The translations under genes were made by a program, and so were the position numbers. Shown here one piece after another: positions 19,176 through 29,440 of a stretch of 64,000 nucleotides of DNA. Source of the DNA: an uncultured Acidobacteriota bacterium (GTDB lineage Bacteria > Acidobacteriota > Thermoanaerobaculia > Gp7-AA8); contig CAWGHO010000002.1 in assembly GCA_963822445.1 (NCBI GenBank), positions 1,696,001 through 1,760,000 on the forward strand, given 5' to 3'. Positions within the stretch are counted from its first letter, which is position 1, and every line of letters begins with the position of its first letter. Under the pieces are notes generated by a model. It was not told the origin of the DNA, did no database searches, and was given only the letters and a program-made list of their open reading frames with translations.

Positions 19176-21263
19176 TTGGCGGCTCATGGCAGTGCGACCT
19201 CCGCGGGAGAACCTCCCCACTTGAAGCTTGGCCGTTATGAAGTGGTTCGTGAACTTGGCAAAGGGGCGATGGGCATCGTCTACCTCGCCAAGGACCCGCT
19301 CATCGGCCGGCTGGTCGCGCTGAAGACCATTCGCGGCGCCGCGCACGCGGACGACGACGAGACCCAGGAGTTCCAGCAGCGCTTCATCCGCGAGGCCCAG
19401 GCCGCGGGCATCCTCAACCATCCGTCCATCGTCACCGTCCACGACATCGGTCTGGACGAGGGCACCAACACGAACTTCATCGCCATGGAGTACGTGGAGG
19501 GGAGCAACCTCAAGGAAGTGCTCTCGCAGGGTCGCGCGCTTTCGTTCGAGCAGATCGGCGACATCGTCGCGCAGGTCGCCGAGGCGCTCGACTTCGCGCA
19601 TTCGAAAGGCATCGTTCACCGCGACGTGAAGCCGGCGAACATCATCCTGCTCGAAGGCAACCGCGCGAAGATCACCGACTTCGGCATCGCCAAGATCGCA
19701 TCGGGCGCGGCGAACCTCACCTCCACCGGCCAGTTCCTCGGCACCCCGAACTACATGGCGCCCGAGCAGATCAAAGGCGCTCCGGTCGACGGACGCACGG
19801 ACATCTTCGCGCTCGGGATCTGCCTGTATGAATGTCTGACGCGGCGGAAGCCGTTCGGCGGCGATTCGCTGACGTCGATCTCCTACAAGATCGTGCACGA
19901 GCCTTTCCCGCCGCTGCACGAGATCAATCCGCAGATCCCCGACGGGTTCGAGGAAGTGATCGCGAACTGCCTGGCCAAGGATCCGGCGAAGCGTTACCAG
20001 CGCGCGCGGGACATGGCCACTGCCCTGCGGTCCGTGATGCGCGGCGAGAAGCCGGTGCGGCCCGCCGAGCCGATGCTCGCCGACGAGACCATCGTCACGC
20101 GCACCGATCGCGACAAACAGCCGACGCTGGAAGTGCCGTTCCCCGACGCCGCGGAAGCCAGCGCCAGCTCGCCCGGTGTTCCGCTCGATGCGAATGTCGG
20201 CGGCAGCACGCGCCCCGCTTCGAAGGCGATGGGAGCCGTTGCCGCGGCGAACGCGCCTCCACGCACTCCGTCGTCGCCGATCGCGCTGCGCATGCGCAAA
20301 ACGCTGACGAATGTTCGCGCGTTGCCCGCGTGGCGGCGGCGCGTGCCGCCGGCGGTCTTCATCGCCGTCATCGCCTTGCTCGTCGCCGGTCTGGTCGGCG
20401 CCGTCGCCTCCATTCGAAGCAAAGCCGCGAAACCGCCGGTCGTCGACACGACTGCAGAAGTGCGGCGCGCGAAAGAGCGCCAGCTGCGTGAAGAGGGAAA
20501 TGCTCTTCTGCGGCAGGGCCGGGTCACCGATGCGTACGCGAAGTACGAAGAGCTCAGCAGACTCGCGCCGCGCTCTCCGTTCGTGACCACGATGATGCAG
20601 AAGCTGAGCGCGATCCGGCAGCAGGAAGAGGTCAGCAAGGCCCAAATCGCACAGGCGAAGGCGAAGTTCGATGAAGGCCTCGTGCTGTTCAACGAGAAAA
20701 AGTATCCGGATGCCATCATCCGGTTTCAGGAATCGTTCACCCTCAATCCGAGCTCGAACGAGACCGCCGAGTATCTGAAACTGGCCCAGGCCGAGCAGCA
20801 GAGGATCGATCAGGCCAGGGCGGCGAGGTCGCGCACGAGCACCGCCAAGACTGCCCAATTGCCACCGCCGGGCACCACGACCGGAGCCGGAACGGCGGGC
20901 GACGGCGGGTCGCAGCCCGCGGCCAGCACCGCGCCGGCGCAGCTCACCACATCCTTTACTCATCCCTTCACCGACGGGCGGATCGTCGTGCGCGCCGGTG
21001 CGGACATCGTCGCCAACGAGCAGCTCTTCGATGAACGGCCGCGGCGGGTGTTCCGCGCCGCGACGCGCGTGCCGCGCAACATCAATGTCACGCACTCGCT
21101 GCCCGCGAAAAATGCCGACCTGCAGGTGTGGGTCACCGTTCCCAACGCCAAGGTGCAGGAACATCACGTGCTGCCCGCGGTCCGCTTTCAATCCGGCCAG
21201 ACCCTGCGCCTGATCGTGCGCTACGACGCGGCCTCGAAGCGCTTCACGTACGAAGTGCATTGA
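19176..21263 (+). CDS. Membrane-anchored Hanks-type Ser/Thr protein kinase
   Basis: LGKGAMG, VALK, HRDVKPAN, DFG, GTPNYMAPE; a TM helix followed by TPR-like and beta domains. The exact start is uncertain. Confidence 0.93.
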   Translation: MAAHGSATSAGEPPHLKLGRYEVVRELGKGAMGIVYLAKDPLIGRLVALKTIRGAAHADDDETQEFQQRFIREAQAAGILNHPSIVTVHDIGLDEGTNTNFIAMEYVEGSNLKEVLSQGRALSFEQIGDIVAQVAEALDFAHSKGIVHRDVKPANIILLEGNRAKITDFGIAKIASGAANLTSTGQFLGTPNYMAPEQIKGAPVDGRTDIFALGICLYECLTRRKPFGGDSLTSISYKIVHEPFPPLHEINPQIPDGFEEVIANCLAKDPAKRYQRARDMATALRSVMRGEKPVRPAEPMLADETIVTRTDRDKQPTLEVPFPDAAEASASSPGVPLDANVGGSTRPASKAMGAVAAANAPPRTPSSPIALRMRKTLTNVRALPAWRRRVPPAVFIAVIALLVAGLVGAVASIRSKAAKPPVVDTTAEVRRAKERQLREEGNALLRQGRVTDAYAKYEELSRLAPRSPFVTTMMQKLSAIRQQEEVSKAQIAQAKAKFDEGLVLFNEKKYPDAIIRFQESFTLNPSSNETAEYLKLAQAEQQRIDQARAARSRTSTAKTAQLPPPGTTTGAGTAGDGGSQPAASTAPAQLTTSFTHPFTDGRIVVRAGADIVANEQLFDERPRRVFRAATRVPRNINVTHSLPAKNADLQVWVTVPNAKVQEHHVLPAVRFQSGQTLRLIVRYDAASKRFTYEVH

Positions 21264-22078
21264 GCACGTTCCGCATTGCCACCCGCGACGAGCTCTGGTC
21301 GCACGGCCGCCTCATCGAGTCGCGTCTTTCTCACGGCGAAGCTGTCGAGGATGAAAGCGGCATCATCGCCAGCGATGCGTGCGACGACTCGCTGGTCGCG
21401 ATCTGCGAGCGGGAGCTGTTGCGGTTGCGCGCGGCGATGCCCCGTGATGCGCGCGTGCGGCTCGTTGCCGAGGCCAGTACCGATGGCGTGAGCGCGACGA
21501 TGACCATTCGGAGGAATGGGCTGTCGATCGTGACGACGCCCGAGCATGCGAAAGAGGACGACGCCCGTGTAGTGTGGGCCTCCGGCCTACCCCCCGACGC
21601 AGAAGAGGTAGGCCGGAGGCCCACACTACACCTCTGGAAAAACGGCACCGCCGCGGTCCTGCTGCACGAAGCCATCGGCCACGCTGCCGAGCACGATCAC
21701 GAGCCCATTGACTGGCCAAAGTGGCTGTCCGTCGACCTCGGTCTCCGCCTTCGCCGCGAGACCTTCCGCGACGTGCCGCTACGGCGCATGTCGCACGTCG
21801 TCGTCACGCAGACGAATGCGCCATTCGAAATGCCGCGGGAAGCGATCGAAGTCGTGCTGGTGAGCGGCGGCACGTACGAGCCGCTGACGCAAACCGTGAC
21901 GCTGCAACTCATCGCCTCGAACGCGGCTCCGTTCGAATATCGGGCGACCAGGCAGGAGATCGTGCGGTCGCTCATCGGCGCGACCGGCGATCCGATCCGC
22001 TATCCCGGCGTGATCTGTTCGCGCGAAGGGCAGGAGCTCGTCGTGCCCTGCTCCGCGCCGTTGATGGTGACGCGATGA
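21260..22078 (+). CDS. Shortened TldD-like metalloprotease
   Basis: TTG start overlaps the kinase stop; AVLLHEAIGH, RRMSH, ICSREGQ motifs. Confidence 0.6.
   Translation: MSTFRIATRDELWSHGRLIESRLSHGEAVEDESGIIASDACDDSLVAICERELLRLRAAMPRDARVRLVAEASTDGVSATMTIRRNGLSIVTTPEHAKEDDARVVWASGLPPDAEEVGRRPTLHLWKNGTAAVLLHEAIGHAAEHDHEPIDWPKWLSVDLGLRLRRETFRDVPLRRMSHVVVTQTNAPFEMPREAIEVVLVSGGTYEPLTQTVTLQLIASNAAPFEYRATRQEIVRSLIGATGDPIRYPGVICSREGQELVVPCSAPLMVTR
21567..21631. repeat. Perfect 25-bp inverted repeat inside a coding sequence
   Basis: GTGTAGTGTGGGCCTCCGGCCTACC-15 nt-GGTAGGCCGGAGGCCCACACTACAC. Confidence 0.9.
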
Positions 22079-22827
22079 TCTACCGCAAGCAGGGCGCGGT
22101 CGCGCGTTGGGAAAACGGCACGCTCGTCCGTGTGACGGAAAGCGGCGTCGCGTTCGAAGAAGGGGAGACGTTCACCTGCCGGCCGGAAGGACGAACGTCG
22201 CTCGCTGTCGATCCGGGCCGCGTCGTCGAAACGGCACGGGCCATTCACGACATCACCAACAGAGTCGAGCGGCTGCTCGTCACCGAAGGCATCGCCGAGC
22301 ATGACTGGGACGGCCGCACGTGGCGCGATCACACCGAGCGCATCCACCTCTCGCTCGTTCGCGATGCGACCCGCGCCCTCATCGACATCGGCTCCTTCGA
22401 TCTGCACGATGTTCGCGTCGTCGCGAGCGCGCTCGAGCGCATGGTCGCCGAGCGCGAAGCGCCTCCGCGTCTCCGCCTGGCGCGAAACGTCACCGCTGCA
22501 CTGCTGCCGTCGCTCATCGGCGTCGAGCCTCCGAACGTCGAACTGACGTACACGCTGGACTGGTTCCGTCCGAGCTACCGCGTCCGTCCCGTCAAGATCC
22601 CCATGAACGTCGCTCTGCGCTGCGACGTCACGGAGATCGATGCGACGCGGCCGATCGCCGTGGCCGTCCTCGAGCCGGTGCAGGGTCTGACTTTTCGCGT
22701 CCTCGTCGACGACGGCGAAGTCGCCTGGCCGGCCACCGTTCGCCTGGTGCGGATCGACGCCGTGGCCCGGGACCTGGTCTGGTATCCCTACGGCGGCGGT
22801 TCCTTCGGCGCGGAGATGATGCTTTAA
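22075..22827 (+). CDS. Hypothetical protein, possibly a shortened PmbA/TldE-like partner
   Basis: ATGA-coupled to the TldD-like gene; RPSYRVRP...PMNV resembles the TldD/PmbA C-domain motif. Confidence 0.55.
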   Translation: MIYRKQGAVARWENGTLVRVTESGVAFEEGETFTCRPEGRTSLAVDPGRVVETARAIHDITNRVERLLVTEGIAEHDWDGRTWRDHTERIHLSLVRDATRALIDIGSFDLHDVRVVASALERMVAEREAPPRLRLARNVTAALLPSLIGVEPPNVELTYTLDWFRPSYRVRPVKIPMNVALRCDVTEIDATRPIAVAVLEPVQGLTFRVLVDDGEVAWPATVRLVRIDAVARDLVWYPYGGGSFGAEMML

Positions 22828-22839
22828 TTCGCCGCGTCC

Positions 22840-23091
22840 TTGAGCGCCACCGCCAAACGCATCGAATTTCTCGCCCGCGCGATCGTCAACCGCCTGGAAG
22901 ACCGCGGGCTGATGGAGTTCTCGGATGCCGAGGCGGTGATCACCGTGGTGGCGAAGGCGCTGAGCGACAACTTCGCCGCCGTCGCCGCGATCGAAGACGA
23001 GGCCCGCCAGCGCCTCGGCGACCGCGCCTCCGACCATCACGTCGAGGAAGAGATGCGGCGCATCGCCGCGGAACGGAACTTCATCCTTTAA
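22840..23091 (+). CDS. DUF507-like protein
   Basis: IEFLARAIVNRL...IEDEAR...IAAERNFIL pattern. Confidence 0.7.
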   Translation: MSATAKRIEFLARAIVNRLEDRGLMEFSDAEAVITVVAKALSDNFAAVAAIEDEARQRLGDRASDHHVEEEMRRIAAERNFIL

Positions 23092-24621
<1,530 letters not shown>

Positions 24622-24822
24622 CCGGCCCGTAACTTCGTTTTTCTGAAGCATTCCGTCCGCAAATCCGAATCCGAGGGCCCGCCGCAATATCCAAAAAACC
24701 CGTAACTAGTGCAGTTTGTGTGTCTTGCGAGAATTGGCGCTCCGGCAGGGGGTTTGCCAGATCAGTAGCAAGTAGCTAGAATCCCGAAACTTTCTGTAAG
24801 GTCCAAAGAAGGAGGAGCTCTT

Positions 24823-27807
24823 ATGAAGCGTAGTTTTCTAACGCTGTTCGCTGTCATGCTTCTCCTGGTCGGCTCGATTCCGTTAGCCGCTCAGGAGCAG
24901 ACAGGTTCCATCGAAGGAACCGTCAAAGACAGCTCAGGTGCAGTGCTGCCCGGTGTGACCGTGGAAGCCACGGGCACAGGCGCGGGCACGGTGACGTCCG
25001 TCACCGATTCGAATGGCCAGTACCGGTTCCCGCGTCTGCCCAGCGGCCGGTATCAGGTCAAGGCTTCGCTGATGGGTTACAACACCGCATCGGCGACCAA
25101 CATCGATCTGACCCTCGGCAAGACCGCGACGGTCAATCTCACGATGAATCTGGCCACCGTTTCCGAGACCATCACGGTCACGGCTGACGCGCCGGTCGTC
25201 GACGTGACGCAGAGTGCGACCAACACGTCGATCGCTCGTGAGCAGCTCGAGATGATTCCGAAGGGCCGTGACTTCACGTCGGTCGTCGCTCAGGCGGCGG
25301 GCGCGTCGAACGAAGCGTTCGTCGGCGGTATCTCGATCGACGGTGCGTCCGGTTCCGAGAACCGTTTCGTCATCGACGGTGTTGACACCACCCACCCGCA
25401 GGACGGTCTGTCGGGTCAGGGCATGATCACGGATTTCGTCGAAGAAATTCAGGTCAAGTCCGCTGGTTACGCCGCTGAGTTCGGCGGATCGGTTGGCGGC
25501 GTCATCAACGCCGTCACCAAGACCGGCACCAACGACTTCAACGGCTGGGTTGGCGCGTACCTGAGCGACTCCAGCTGGGAAGGCGACGAGCGCCCGGTTG
25601 CATACGGTTCCGACGGAACGTATCGGGTTTTCGACAAGGATGACGCCCAGCGCCTCGAGCCGGGTATCGCCCTCGGCGGACCGATCCTCCGCGACCGCCT
25701 GTGGTTCTTCGCGGGCTACAGCCCGACTCTGATCAGCACCAACCGCACCCCGTCGGGCTCGACCCGCGAGTTCTCGCAGGACGACACCCGCACCTACTTC
25801 ACGGGTAACGTGAAGGGCAACATCGGTTCGAAGTTCCTCTTCAAGGCGGCGGCGAACATCACTCCGCGCGAAGTCGACGGCATTCTCCCGGCGCGCGACA
25901 ACACCACGCCGGCCGATGCGAACCTGGACATCACCACCGAGTTCCCGACCAGCAGCTACTCGGCGTACGCCGACTTCCTGCCGTCGACGAACTTCTACGT
26001 CAGCGGCCGCGTTGGCCAGTACAACATCGACACGACCACCTCGGGTGTCGGTACCGCGCCGCGCATCTTCTTCCGCGATCGCGACAACTCCGCGTTCGTT
26101 CCCACGACCGACCCGCTGTATCGCCCCCGCAGCTTCTCCTCGGTTCCGGCTGCCTCGCACGCCGAGACCACCCAGGACGAGTGGGAGCGCCTCTCCGGTT
26201 CAGTCGACGCCAACTACTTCCTGAATGCCTTCGGTCAGCACGCCTTCAAGGCTGGTGTCCAGATGGAGAACATTCAGAACCAGGTTTCCTCTGGTGAGCC
26301 CTCCAACCTGATGACCTTCCGCTGGGGCCTGCCGGATCGCTTCGGCGCCGGCGTCATCGGCACTCACGGCTCGCTCGGCGTCCGCCGCTTCCGCACGGAA
26401 GGCGCGGCCGAGAGCGAGAACCTCGGCTTCTACCTTCAGGATGCATGGCAGGTTCGCCCGAACCTGACCCTCAACCTCGGCGTCCGCACCGAGTCCGAGA
26501 AGGTTCCGAACTACGGCGCCAAGGTCGATCCGACCCTGCCGGAGTGGGCCATCGAGTTCGACTACGGCGACAAGATCGCTCCGCGCCTCGGCTTCGCGTG
26601 GGACGTCTTCTCGAACCAGCGCATGAAGGTTTACGGCAGCTACGGCGACTACTACGACATCACGAAGATCGAGATGCCGCGTGGCTCGTTCGGCGCCGAC
26701 AAGTGGATCGAGTACCTCTGGCCGGTCAACACCGCCAACTGGCAGGCGCTCGTGAATTCCGCGAACTGCACCGCGTCCAGCAACAACCCGAGCGTCAATC
26801 CTTGCCCGGGCCTCGGAGCGCCGTCGGTCACTCTCGACCTCCGTCACCCGACCAACCCGCACGATGCCATCGACCCGGACCTCAAGCCGATGCAGCAGCG
26901 TGAGTTCCAGCTGGGCACCGACTGGCAGCTCTCGCCGATGTCCGTCATCGGTGCGCGTTACGTCAACAAGACCCTCATCAACACCATCGAAGACATCGGC
27001 TTCCTCGTCGAGACTTCGCCTGGCGTTCGTGAGGAGCACTACATCACGGGCAACCCCGGCAAGGGCCTCGTGGCTGGCGATCCCGCCGGTCCCGCGCCGT
27101 CGCAGCCGGAAGCCATCCGCGACTACGAAGCGATCGAGCTCACCTTCAACCGCCTGTTCAGCGTCTGGTCGCTCCGCGCGGCCTACACGTACAGCAAGCT
27201 CGAGGGCAACTACTCGGGTCTCGCGAGCTCTGACGAGTTCGGCCGTACCGACCCGAACGTCGCCCGCTACTTCGACGCGCTTCACAACGCGTTCGACCAG
27301 AACGGCGACCCGGTCGTCGGCCCGCTGACCACCGATCGCCCGCACGCGTTCGAAGTGCAGGGTCTCTATCGCGCCCCGTGGAACACCCACATCGGTGTGA
27401 ACTTCTCCTGGGCTTCGGGTACCCCGATCTCCGAGGAAGTCTCCTACATCGGCGTGCCGTTCTTCCCGCACGGCCGTGCCAACCAGGGCCGCACCCCGAG
27501 CGTGACCACCGTCGACCTGCTGCTCACCCAGCCGTTCGAAGTGCGCGGTTACCGCATCGAGGCCAGCCTGAACGTCCTCAACCTGCTCGACAGCGACACC
27601 GCGACGCAGATCGAGAACAACCACTACCTGTCCGACCTGTGCGACGTCTACGGCGATGACTGCGACCACTCGCAGGACTTCTTCTTCGCCCAGGACCGCA
27701 ACATCGACCAGGTCATGGCCGGTGAAGATGTCGATCCGTTCTACCTGAAGCCCCTGGCGTTCCAGGCGCCCCGCGCCGTCCGCCTCGGACTGAAGTTCAT
27801 CTTCTAG
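24823..27807 (+). CDS. TonB-dependent receptor, Oar-like, with N-terminal carboxypeptidase-regulatory-like domain
   Basis: Strong RBS, signal peptide, GSIEGTVKDSSGAVLPGVTV, AEFGGSVGGVINAVTKTGTN, C-terminal Phe. Confidence 0.92.
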   Translation: MKRSFLTLFAVMLLLVGSIPLAAQEQTGSIEGTVKDSSGAVLPGVTVEATGTGAGTVTSVTDSNGQYRFPRLPSGRYQVKASLMGYNTASATNIDLTLGKTATVNLTMNLATVSETITVTADAPVVDVTQSATNTSIAREQLEMIPKGRDFTSVVAQAAGASNEAFVGGISIDGASGSENRFVIDGVDTTHPQDGLSGQGMITDFVEEIQVKSAGYAAEFGGSVGGVINAVTKTGTNDFNGWVGAYLSDSSWEGDERPVAYGSDGTYRVFDKDDAQRLEPGIALGGPILRDRLWFFAGYSPTLISTNRTPSGSTREFSQDDTRTYFTGNVKGNIGSKFLFKAAANITPREVDGILPARDNTTPADANLDITTEFPTSSYSAYADFLPSTNFYVSGRVGQYNIDTTTSGVGTAPRIFFRDRDNSAFVPTTDPLYRPRSFSSVPAASHAETTQDEWERLSGSVDANYFLNAFGQHAFKAGVQMENIQNQVSSGEPSNLMTFRWGLPDRFGAGVIGTHGSLGVRRFRTEGAAESENLGFYLQDAWQVRPNLTLNLGVRTESEKVPNYGAKVDPTLPEWAIEFDYGDKIAPRLGFAWDVFSNQRMKVYGSYGDYYDITKIEMPRGSFGADKWIEYLWPVNTANWQALVNSANCTASSNNPSVNPCPGLGAPSVTLDLRHPTNPHDAIDPDLKPMQQREFQLGTDWQLSPMSVIGARYVNKTLINTIEDIGFLVETSPGVREEHYITGNPGKGLVAGDPAGPAPSQPEAIRDYEAIELTFNRLFSVWSLRAAYTYSKLEGNYSGLASSDEFGRTDPNVARYFDALHNAFDQNGDPVVGPLTTDRPHAFEVQGLYRAPWNTHIGVNFSWASGTPISEEVSYIGVPFFPHGRANQGRTPSVTTVDLLLTQPFEVRGYRIEASLNVLNLLDSDTATQIENNHYLSDLCDVYGDDCDHSQDFFFAQDRNIDQVMAGEDVDPFYLKPLAFQAPRAVRLGLKFIF

Positions 27808-27834
27808 TCGTTCGGAAAACTCAGTAACAGGAAG

Positions 27835-27867
27835 AGCGGCGCGCCTCACGGCGCGCCGCTTTTTTTT
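27835..27867 (+). terminator. Intrinsic terminator
   Basis: AGCGGCGCGCC-TCAC-GGCGCGCCGCT followed by a T run. Confidence 0.85.
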
Positions 27868-27886
27868 GCTCGGATGGAGAGGCTCG

Positions 27887-28615
27887 ATGGTTCCAATCGG
27901 TCGTGTTCTCGAGTTGGCGAGGTATCCGGTCAAGTCGATGGCCGGAGTGCCGGCGGAATCAGCTCATCTTGGCTGGCACGGTCTGGCCGGCGATCGCCGG
28001 TTCGCCTTCCGGCGCCTGGCGGATACCAGCGGATTCCCCTGGCTCTCAGCGAGCCGTCTTCCCGAGCTTCTGCTCTACCACCCGATCGGACTCAGTGAAG
28101 GCACGGGCGAGCCACTGCCAACGCACGTCCGCACGCCGGCGGGGATCGAGCTCGAGATCCGCAGTGAAGCGCTCCAGGCGGAGATCGGTGAACGGCTCGG
28201 AAGCGGCGTCGAGCTGATGATGCTCAAGCACGGGATCTTCGACGATGGCGCGGTTTCCCTGATCGATCTGGCGACGATCGCGCGTATCGGCGCCGAAGCC
28301 GGAGTGGTGGATCTCGATCGCCGGCGCATGCGCGCGAACATCGTGCTCGAGACAGACGACTCCGCGGCCTTTGCCGAGGATCAGTGGGTCGGCAGGACAC
28401 TCGTATTCGGCGACACGGAGCCGATGCCGGCCTTGAGCATCACCGCCCGCGACTTGCGATGCGTCATGGTCAACCTCGATCCCGACACCGGCAAACAGGA
28501 CCCGCGGGTGATGAAGGCTGTCGTTCGCCTGAACGACAACAACGCCGGCGTTTACGGCACGGTGGTGCGCACCGGCATGATCCACGTCGGACAGACGGTG
28601 AGGCTGGTGTCGTGA
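27887..28615 (+). CDS. MOSC-domain protein
   Basis: RYPVKSM, GDRRFA, RRMRANIV, RCVMVN motifs. Confidence 0.88.
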   Translation: MVPIGRVLELARYPVKSMAGVPAESAHLGWHGLAGDRRFAFRRLADTSGFPWLSASRLPELLLYHPIGLSEGTGEPLPTHVRTPAGIELEIRSEALQAEIGERLGSGVELMMLKHGIFDDGAVSLIDLATIARIGAEAGVVDLDRRRMRANIVLETDDSAAFAEDQWVGRTLVFGDTEPMPALSITARDLRCVMVNLDPDTGKQDPRVMKAVVRLNDNNAGVYGTVVRTGMIHVGQTVRLVS

Positions 28616-29058
28616 ATCAGTCAGCCGGACGCTCGGGAGACGCGGAAGAGCGCGACGATCCGCAACCATTCGACTGGTCGGAGGCCCTCGAGCTCATCGT
28701 GCTGATGACGGAGATGGAAACCAGTTGTACGGAATTCGTGCTGGGAGCGCAGCCGCCGTTTGCACTGGCGCCCGACGAGCTGGAAGACCTCTCGATCGTC
28801 GACCGTACCGTGAGAGATCTATGGGCGCGCTACCGGCCTGCAACACCATTGCGGCACCGTTTCGCAACGATTGCGGAGGAGAACGCCGCCGTCGATACGT
28901 ACGAGGCAGAGAAGGAGCGGCTCCGCGAGCTGCTGCGACATCTCATCGCGGATGATTCATGGCGAGCACAGTTCTCGATCGCCGACCACGCCGCGATCGA
29001 GCTCGTTCGATCAATCGTCGTCTCGCGCAATGCTGGCGGCGGCAGTTCGCCGGAGTAG
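28612..29058 (+). CDS. Hypothetical protein
   Basis: GTGA coupling to the MOSC gene; plausible globular composition. Confidence 0.5.
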   Translation: MNQSAGRSGDAEERDDPQPFDWSEALELIVLMTEMETSCTEFVLGAQPPFALAPDELEDLSIVDRTVRDLWARYRPATPLRHRFATIAEENAAVDTYEAEKERLRELLRHLIADDSWRAQFSIADHAAIELVRSIVVSRNAGGGSSPE

Positions 29059-29388
29059 CGAAAGCAACGTCGCCGCAACGAACAGTGCACCCACGACGAC
29101 GAGTTGCGCGACGCTTGCGCGACTCACGATCCCGGCGGTGATCGCGAAAATGGTCATCACGACATTGGCAACCACGCATACGCGCTGAACGCCGGGCGCC
29201 GCCGCTCCGTACCGGTGGTTGAGAAGATTCAGCCCGCCGACCAGCATCATCGCCAGTCCGCCGCTCACGAACCAGAGCGCGCGTTCCGACAGTTCGCTGA
29301 AGATCTTCGTGGCCGCAAGGCTGTGGAAGAGGCCGAACAGGATGATCGCCCAGCCGATTGCCGGATAGATTCGCCGCATCTGCTGCAC
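29011..29388 (-). CDS. Hypothetical four-TM membrane protein
   Basis: Four hydrophobic helices. Confidence 0.65.
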   Translation of the reverse strand: MQQMRRIYPAIGWAIILFGLFHSLAATKIFSELSERALWFVSGGLAMMLVGGLNLLNHRYGAAAPGVQRVCVVANVVMTIFAITAGIVSRASVAQLVVVGALFVAATLLSLLRRTAAASIARDDD

Positions 29389-29440
29389 CCGCTGGCCCGG
29401 CCATTCGCCAGTGGCTGAATGGCCGGGCGGAGAATCAGTC

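Noticed and set aside
19173-21260. 695-aa antisense ORF, and similar ones at 9049-10797, 26200-27933, 57896-60271 and 60757-62961
   Set aside because: Mirror frames of real genes in high-GC DNA, with no motifs of their own.
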